DNA of 64,000 nucleotides from Trichoplax sp. H2 (Eukaryota): NCBI GenBank assembly GCA_003344405.1, contig NOWV01000002.1, positions 1,178,001 to 1,242,000 of the forward strand, read 5' to 3'. Shown piece by piece: positions 54,909 to 64,000 of this stretch (position 1 is its first letter; each line of letters starts with the position of its first letter). The notes under the pieces were generated by a model. It saw only the letters and a program-made list of their open reading frames with translations, ran no database searches and was not told where the DNA came from. The position numbers and the translations under genes were made by a program.

Positions 54909-57900
54909 TTAGCTTAAGTTCTTCAGCATACTAGATAGTTGCTGTCCTATCGACTGACTTAAGAGATTGCTATTCGATTTGATCCATATTTGTATCATGT
55001 CATTACCAGCTTGGCAGTGTATTAAAGCAGTATTTGATAACTGCACTAACCTGCCCGCACCAATAATTTCATTTCCTAGTAAGAAAGAAGATAGAAGGAA
55101 ATTATAAAGATAATAGAGATAGTACGATATCTCCGATCAATACAAGGGTGAACTTATGTAAAGATACCAGTACACTAAATATCAAGCATGTATAGGAAAA
55201 GCTGAATTGCACGATACCTATGGTTTCCACTACTTTTACATTACATTTCCTTTCTAGTATATTTTCACATTCTGACACTAGATTCGTTATAGAGATTTGA
55301 TTTTGTTGATGTTTATAATCATGTGCCATTGATATCCACCTTTGTTCAAATGCTGCAGTCGATAAATTAAGCGGTCTAAAAACGGGAAAAGATCACAACG
55401 ATGAACTTAGTTATACTGCATTACAGAAATTTGTATTTGACTGCAAAGTACCAGTGCTAACAAGTAATCTTAGTTGAGAATGTGTGTGTTACACTTTAAA
55501 TCTGATTGTAACGATTAGAAGATGATATATTTTTTATCATTGATTAGATACTCTTTTATATCTTACACCGCACCTACCTAATTACATCGAATATAGAAAT
55601 AGAATAATTAAAAAAATGACGCTGTAAGGAGTTTGTTACTGGGCTGAAGCAGGATATATTTCCTGACAAGCTAAGATTTAGCGATGGAATAAGTAATACC
55701 AGCTCCAACTCATGAAACGCCTAGATTAGTGTAAAATTACGTATATAATCGATCATAACATGCCAACTCTTACAGTAATATAAGTTATCCTAAACCGTAT
55801 ATGTCAAACATTAATCTAGCAGAAATACATACGGATTCGCCGATATCTAAGTTGTCTATAAAATTGGGGTTTTCCATTTTTTTCTCATTAACGGCACACT
55901 GTATATCAGGTTATAATATTATGACATAAAGATACTATAGGTGAAACATTTATCATGCGTAGATCATGAGTATGAAATAATTAAAACAGTCTTAACGATG
56001 TTCTACCTGAATACCAGATGACGGTTTAAGGACTGTACTGATTTTATTGTATTGCTTATCGGCCTGATTCGCTATGGCTAAAACAATTATAAACGCGTCT
56101 TCTTTCCAAACTTTCATGAGAGCAATTCTTAACTTACCAAAAGAGGGTGTTGACTAGTAACAGAATTGCGGGAATAATTAAATTGTAATACCGAATACTA
56201 GTAAACAATATTTGAATTTAAAGACTCTAGCTAACACTTACCAAGACATCAAGATTGCCGTGAGGAAATGATAGTAATTCCGCAGGAAACAGTTCGCGTT
56301 CAATAGAAATGGTGGAATCAGTTAAATCGTCTAGAGGATTCTGTATTGATCGATCAGCAACAGGATTCGCACTCATTGGACTCGGATTATTTTCAAGATC
56401 GAGAAGTTGATTCTTTTCGACATCAATTAATTTTTCCAAATATCTACTGTTTTCGTTAGTATTTAATTGCTCTTCGGTGATCTTTATATTTTCTATAGAT
56501 AAGTTTATTAGATTAGATTCAGTAGAACTATCGCCAATCAATAAGTCGCTTGCTGGTTTGGGAGATTCGTATGGTTCCGCAGAGTTAATGCCTGCAGATA
56601 ACGTGACTTCACTCGCTGTGGTAGAACTTTGATCGTTCACTCTATTTCTTTCATCCTTAGCCGCCGGTTCTAAAGACTTTATGTCGTCTGAATCAAATCC
56701 AACAAACAGAGCTGATGCGATGCGTTTTTTCTCTTCTAATTCATAATTGGGTTTATTCTGCAAAATCTATATCAATTAAATTTAAACCCTAGATTAAAAT
56801 TTATACGTGCTTTAACATAACGGCTTTAGTTTATATGATCATCCCTCATTTTACCGTTTGGCTAGGTGGTTCTTCGATATTGGAAAGATTTTCTTCTTTA
56901 CTAATATATTACATTATTAATAAGAACGCATGTGTAAGTAACGGCACATCCTGAAAATCGTTAAGAGAAAGTTTACATTTGTAAATCAATTAATTTTAAT
57001 GTAGTCATCAAGTACTAACGCTTTCTTTTCGATGTCTTGACCACCTAAAGGAGCCTGTATCATATATCCCTCTTTTGTCCATGGACGTTGGCTATAGGGT
57101 GATAATTTTCAGAAAAGTATATTCAACTTAGAATTAGGTCTTGCTAGTATTCCTCTCTATACACGTATCTACTCACCCTTCTACTTTTTTAGCATTTACA
57201 TCTTGAGGATTAAATTCTTTTCGATTAAATTCTGTTCCTTCCGGCTTAGAGTAATCATGAGATGCTATTACTCTTCCTCCGTCATCCTCTACCGGTGTCT
57301 CTTTTGAACTAGCGCTAGTATTTACATATGGGTCGAATTTTAAACTTGATCTGACTTTAACATCTGGTATCGCCTTTCTCTGATTCAATGTTCGATATGG
57401 TAAACTTCCATATGCTAAAGCATTACTTACAAAAGAGTCTAGAAAACCAAGCGAAGGATCAACCTAACAATAATTCAATATTGATGATGCAATTAGTATT
57501 AGCTTTGGAAGATTACTGGATCGTAATTTACGTTTTATAGGATACAATGTTGATACTTCTTTGGTATATACCTCAATATCCTCGCAACTTGCATTCACTG
57601 GTAGAATTTCACTTCTATCGTAGATATCTAAAGTGATCAATAATTGTAGTGCTTCCTGGCATCTTTGCTGTACATCCAGATTTACGGAATTACTATGTTC
57701 TTCTAAAAAGTTGCGAGTATAATCTGAGACATCATTTGTTCGACTAATCAATTTCATAATAGCTGTTATTAAAAGGCAAGAGCAACCAGGATACTGCTTT
57801 AAGACGTTCTCAGCTAAGATACACATATTATCAGCAAGATTCATCATTTGTATAGAATCGACCAAGTACGCGTACTCTCCTAAAACCTAAGTATGATAAA

Positions 57901-60900
57901 TATGAAATAAGTAAATAATAGACGATGTTATTAGACTGTTAGAAATGATCAAATACGTATGTTATAGTGAACAAACCCAGGAAATTGCGCGTATTAAGAG
58001 AGTTGAAAGTTTTGGACGCTTTAATAACTTAAAATACTCATGAACAGCGTACATACGTAGTTCCATATCAGATTGCTCATCTTCTGTCCCTAGAAGGTAT
58101 TTAATACAAAATTTTAAATAAGATTTACACGTTATATAAGTAATTATTAATAATCTATCGCAGTTTGAAGTAATAAGCCAATTACAAACCTTCGGCAATT
58201 AAACGAAGGAGATTATCGACCATAGTAACAGGTACACAGTCTTTTCCTAGTTCAAATATACTATTCATTGTTTTGATATACCAGAAGCTATCAGGAGCAA
58301 ATTTTTCAGCAAGCTGACAGATTCTGGAAACCAAATCAGACTTAAAATAGTTGTCTTCGCTAGATTGCAGATACTTAATCAATTTTTCGGTAATAAATAC
58401 GATGTTTTTGGGGTTAATCATTCGGCATAGCAGATCCAAAGTCTTAAAAATTTTTGCATCCATAGTTTAGGATCGTTAGAATTGTTACGAAACGTTACAA
58501 ATGATGCAGTAAGATACAGTTACTTACCTTTCGACGTAATGTTTCATCAGGATCGTCTAAACAATCCACTACTGTCATCTGATGCTCGACGGCAAACAAT
58601 GGGTTAACTTGAACAATCGATGATAAACCTTTAATCCCTAAAATACCATTTAATACGATAATATTGGAAAATAATAAGGAAACTATAAAGCCCTAGCCGA
58701 TTATAAATGGAACACATTAGACATTTTTAAGTTACAGTTCTACCTATATAACGCAAATTGTTATTTTCTGAAGACAAAAATTTTGATATCCTATCTGCAG
58801 CCTTCTCCAGTAGTTTTATGTTTGGGTATATTGTTGTAGCTGTCTGAACCACCTCATAAATGATAGCTGAAACAAATATTTTAATTCTTTTATGTTACAC
58901 TATTACACCAAGACATTTACCAAAGTGATTCGATCCAAAGTGAACTTACAATATTCAATTAAACAATTTGGATTTGCTATCGATGCTAAGGTGTCTATAA
59001 TAACGGGATATATTTTTTGACTGCAATTAAAATCGTCCATTCCTAAATACGCTAATAGCCGTAAGAGTTTTATCTGCAACCATGGCATAGATATTCCACG
59101 ATAATTTAGATCGGACGGTGGCTTATGAGCTAAAAGCTGACGCTGGATGCTTACAAATCTGTCAATTAAGGATTTTAAAGGTGCGGGATCTTCCTGTGTA
59201 GTCATATTTAACAATTTTAATAGAATTCAGACCTTTACCAAACATTATAATATGAAAATTAATAAAACAAGACCAAAGGGTTTGATGGTACCTTGGCTAG
59301 GCACAGGTAAGCGGTTATGACCGCCGTAAGAACGCTAAAATCAGAGTCGAATAATATTTCTTGAAGTTTACTCGCAAGATTAGCGGATTCCGCAGATAAA
59401 TGATGAAATTTAAGTAAGGCAATAACAGCTCTTTTCCTTACAGCTTCTCTGTGAAATATAAAATTATAATCAAAAAGAGAAATTTTTAAAATATACAGTA
59501 AAGCTAGTATTAAGTTATGAGTCTGGTAAATGACTACCTCGTATGATTAATTTTCTTTTCGACAATTTGAATTACGGCAGGCATTGTTTCAATATTAATT
59601 AGCATAGCAACGGTCGATAACGCCATACAGTTCTCAACAAAATTAGTACTATTCAAGTCCTATTGAGATCATTACGCGTAAAATAAATAACTTATACTAA
59701 ATTAATAAATGTAGTATTCAAAACAGGCAAACCTTTTGCAGCGTATTAATCAATAGAACCAGTAGATTATGATCTTCACTTAAAAGACATGATGCAGCCA
59801 AGTAGCCTTAATAAGATAACATTCTTTTGGTAAGATGTCAAATTGACAAATACTGTATAGATATATTTATATACGTAATATTATCAATCATGTAAAATAT
59901 ATCGTAGTTACAGTAAGATATTCATGAAAGCTTTCAGTGAAGAATTTTAAGATAGAAGTAATTAAAAAAGCAGGCATACGTGGCGGATTGTGTGATGAAA
60001 CTGCACATAGCACTAGAATTAGTGAGGTGTAATGTGTGAACGAAGTCGAATATTTATCTGGCAATACTGTATTCTACTTTTTCAACTAAATGTACATATT
60101 GTAACATATCCACAGTGAGGTCAATATTACGAACCGATTCGTTTTTCTTTCATGGAATTCTGTTGCGTAAATTTGATGGCATGAATATCAGCAAAGGAGA
60201 CATTGTAATGATGTGTTGTCATAAAGATGATTTCGACCAGGAAATCTTTCATTTCGCCCTGACGGAAATATTTACATCAATTACTTTTGCTAGCAGTGAA
60301 ATAATTGTACGCGTATAACACGGAATGCGCATTATATACAGTACTATGAATTATGTATTCTTTCTGCATGAGATAGCCCCTACAACATACGTTATATACC
60401 TTAAAGCACTATCATTAATTCTATAACTTACAACTACATAGATAATATTAGTTTGTATCTATAATTGTTTTCATTTACGGTAAAACTATACGTACATAAC
60501 ATATTCCTCTCGTGGACTAATGGATATTTGCGAACAAGAACTGGCATTAGCTGTAGTAGCTAATTGTAATACAAATTACGCATACATTGGAGAACGTTGA
60601 CAAGATGCAAACAGTTACAAACCTTAATTATAGGTTACTTATGTAATTATCTTATACTAGGTAAAGAAATAATGAATACAATCTGTACAGTATAATACGA
60701 TCTAGCATAAACCCTTACAAATTGTAAGCAAATTTCTAGACATGATAAGAGTTCCTTTTAAAATTTTATTTTTAATATTTGTATAGCAATCCATAGACTT
60801 ACTGAAGAAATATTTGGTGATTGCATTCGTTCCTTTAGCAATTCGATCTCTGCACATAATATTTTATCTTCTTGCTGTACATGAAAACATAAATAACCAC

Positions 60901-62176
60901 TAAGTGCAGCTTGGATATAGTGTGTAATGAAATAGCTTTAGATGTTATAGCATGAAAAAAATATGTGGTGGCCAACGATAGTATGACAGAATTGTTTAGT
61001 AGAGCTAAATATCAAGAAGTTTTAGCACGAAATAACAAGATCAGCAAAGTGAAAGTAATATACTCTAATCAATCTTGCAAGTTTAAGCACATAGTAAAGA
61101 CACTACACATTTAATCATGAGACGTATCTATTAAGCTGATTGTAATAAAAAGAGCCAGAGATAGGGAACAAGCAATAAGGGAGATGGATATATAGCACGC
61201 ATTTATGTGCAATCTATAGGTCGAATTATTTGTTATAACAAGTTCTTGTGGAGTCTACTAAGTTAATGGCTTTGATGTCTATTTGTTTAAATTGAACGTG
61301 AATACTATATGTAAACAATATCTATTGCGTACTCTACCCTAATCTACGAATTATTATTTCTATGACAGGCATGATGATTTCGGAAACTCTACGCGTAGAA
61401 TCTCTATCTAAAACAATTGATTTCCAATTCCATCTACGGTCATACTGAACAACACTTGCAACTATAGACGACACTATTTACTGACCTATCTGTATCGCTA
61501 TTGCAGAGTATGTAGCAAAGAAGTTACCATTGCGATTTGGAGTGTGTACGCGTATTGCAAAGTGTAGCAGGATCGTCAAAATAGTGCTGTACTTCAACAC
61601 ATAACATTAAAACATATTAAGGTGGGAGAGCTCTAGACTTACTTAGCCTGTTCAATTATCATTGAGATACTAACATCTAAAGTTAGGCCTGGAAATATTA
61701 AATAGCATGAATATCTGCAGAGCACTGCAGCTAAGATTAGGGTTAGGGCACGATCGCCAACTGTATACTGTAGTATATTAGTATGAGTGAGCTACCGACA
61801 TCTTGAAGCTTGATTAACTATCATCGAAATATCGACGTCTAAAGTCGGATCAGATCGAAAACAATTTAAATACGGTAGATGCAAACAGAAAACTATTGGT
61901 TGCTATTATGCTCCAATGGTATGAGTAAGCTGCCAAGTTATAATCGTTCTAGCCGATTTATTATTATTGAAGTATTGGCGTCTACCATTAGATCTTCATT
62001 GAAAGCATCAAGGATAACGTCAATGGCAGTAGAGAATTGTCACTTACCTGTCTGGATTTGACATCGAGAAGTTTATTTACCAGAGACTGAAGACTTTTAA
62101 CAACTGATAAATGTGCTTTGTGATAGAAATGATCGAGTGATAAACCTAGAACTTTATCCAGAGCTCGTTCAGCCAT
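54909..62176 (-). CDS. AP4E1: AP-4 complex epsilon subunit
   Basis: About 20 exons starting 62176-62048, 60874-60803 and 60258-60135. Adaptin-N motifs EKRIGYLAAS, INTLQKDLNSTN, PWLQIKLLRLL, LAEKFAPDSFWYIKTMN, VQQRCQE, LPVNASCEDIEVDPSLGFLDSFV. Low-complexity hinge and ear domain end at 54909. Confidence 0.93.
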
Positions 62177-63274
62177 AATTATAATCCAACTTATTTACCA
62201 TCCAACTAGCCCTCAATCACTGTTCAATTTGACGAAGTCTCAACTTGAGCGTAGTACTAGTATTTCTATGACGACAGAACAAGTCCGCCTTGTCCGTCCG
62301 TTACGATAGTGTACAAGCTCAGTCTAATGGAGGATATAGTATCAGCCAGCTAGATGCAATACAGCTCAGTGTATAACATCATAATTCCTTCGAAATTTGA
62401 AAGGATAACTTGATATTTTAATTCTTGAATTCAATGGTTAACGGGGATATCGGAATACTTGGATAAGTTATCATTGCTCGTTCATTTGTAGTAGCTAGCT
62501 ATAAGATTCTGTATTGATTCTGAAGTAAAATCTGAGTTATAGTGAATTTACTCTTTCTTTTATGAAACATATCGATTTCTGTTGTAAATAGTGTTAGATA
62601 TTACGATATAGGTTATATTAGCTATTAGATAGAGCGTTAAGTACATGATTAGAATATCATCTATATAAGTACTTATAATATGATGACTTGTATGTAGTCT
62701 TATAATACCGTACATGATTATATTGTAAAAGGTGGACTGATAATTTATTGTATATACATGCATATGTTGTAACGTAAACGATAGCTATAATAGTTAGTAA
62801 TTAGATGTATATGTAAAATGTCACGACGCAAAAAAGCAAAAGGTGTAAGCTGGAATATCTATAAATACCCAGCATTTTTAATAAGAAAGTTAGTTACAAA
62901 TCTTACTCGCGGAGTAAAACTCATTGCTTAAAAACATAACAATTTCAAATTGACATGATTGACTTTTAAAACTAAACTGATAGATATACGTATATATATA
63001 TTTATCTGCGTGTGGGTACTTCGCTTGTAATATATCAATATTTATCATTTCCTTGAATTTTAACTTGACGGCAGTAAATTTAAAGTGTAATCCATTGCTA
63101 ATGGTTTAAATAATTGATAATTTCTTAGCTTTTCCGAGATGTGAGTTATTAAACGTATTGATAAACAATATTTTCATGGTAAAATAGATAAAGCTAGCAA
63201 TGATTTCTTCTTAATACAGACTACAGTATTTTGATAATTTGATTGATTTTAAAAACGATAGGATAGGTATTCTC

Positions 63275-63571
63275 AGGGACTATTAAAAAGAAAGAGACGG
63301 GGCAGGAAACGACCACAGTGCAAAATGATGTGGAAGCTTATCATTTTTTTCGGTCATTCTACTATACGCTACTGATGAAGCCGTATACCATACTGCACAA
63401 ACTGACTTAGCAGGCTAATAGCAGCTAATTTGGATGTCAATTGCAGACAGTATAGTGTATGGATACAGGCATACGATACAGTCGAAATGATCAGTCACAT
63501 AATCAGCTTCCACATTATTAGTATAGTGAACAACAGCTTCCTGTCCCGTCTCTTTCTTTTTAATAGTCTCT
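63275..63571. mobile_element. MITE/fold-back-like element (~297 bp) with ~31-bp terminal inverted repeats
   Basis: GACTATTAAAAAGAAAGAGACGGGGCAGGAA (63278-63308) pairs with 63538-63568 (1 mismatch). Inner ATGTGGAAGCT/AGCTTCCACAT also pair. No clear TSD. Confidence 0.55.
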
Positions 63572-64000
63572 AGCAGTATTAGTCCACATATAATGACGAT
63601 TTTCATTCATTCGATTATTTTGAAAGTGAATTGCTCTACAATAAAAAACAGCATCTTCCCATAGTCCAAATTTTACAAGAAGAATACTGTTCAATATAAT
63701 AATAATTAGGCACTTCACCAATGAAGGAAAAATCGCAAATTATGAAGATACGCGTATTCAAATGTGCCTTCAAAAAGTCAAACTATCGTTTTGAAGCACG
63801 AGAGATGTTCTACCGCGTACTGCATCACAATTAGCGGTTTGATACCGTATCCTCGATTAGACCAGCATGAATTAATGTTATGTATATCCATATTCCATAG
63901 TACTGTAGTTAAATGGAGTGAAAACGCAACCCGAACCCGATCAAATAGTTCATTTTCTAACCCCAAAATGAGTGCAATCGCTCTCTATATCGCTACAGAA

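Noticed and set aside
4391..62176. Functional cluster of trafficking genes (p24, AP-3 sigma, AP-4 epsilon)
   Set aside because: They belong to different complexes, are far apart and are interspersed with unrelated genes. Ancestral linkage is sufficient explanation.
63415..63606. 63-aa ORF with a similar peptide on the opposite strand
   Set aside because: Explained by the inverted-repeat element, not by a gene pair.

Overview
AT-rich, intron-dense genomic DNA from an early-branching animal. Smad4 makes it metazoan, and the compact genes with short introns suggest a placozoan such as Trichoplax (inference, not verified). There is one 20-N assembly gap. I reconstructed ten spliced genes by hand: p24/TMED3-7 (+), calmodulin-like/CALML4-type (+), AP-3 sigma (-), CARNMT1 (+), an unrecognised secreted acidic-pro/cationic Cys-rich precursor (-), a divergent GnT-I/GnT-II-like glycosyltransferase (+), CELF3-6/Bruno (-), Smad4 (+), TXNL1 (+) and AP-4 epsilon (-). 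The most striking item is the 4-exon orphan at 21948-22993. It has a signal peptide, an 89-aa propiece of about -34 net charge, and a 101-aa domain of about +30 with Pro/His/Arg repeats, a leucine zipper, 8 Cys and a CHCHC tail. It sits behind a TATA-Inr promoter and is a candidate new antimicrobial/cytolytic effector. The window also has many local 35-410 bp tandem duplications, TACAG/CTGTA clusters near gene starts, two fold-back elements and a Smad4 linker built from phase-1 cassette exons.
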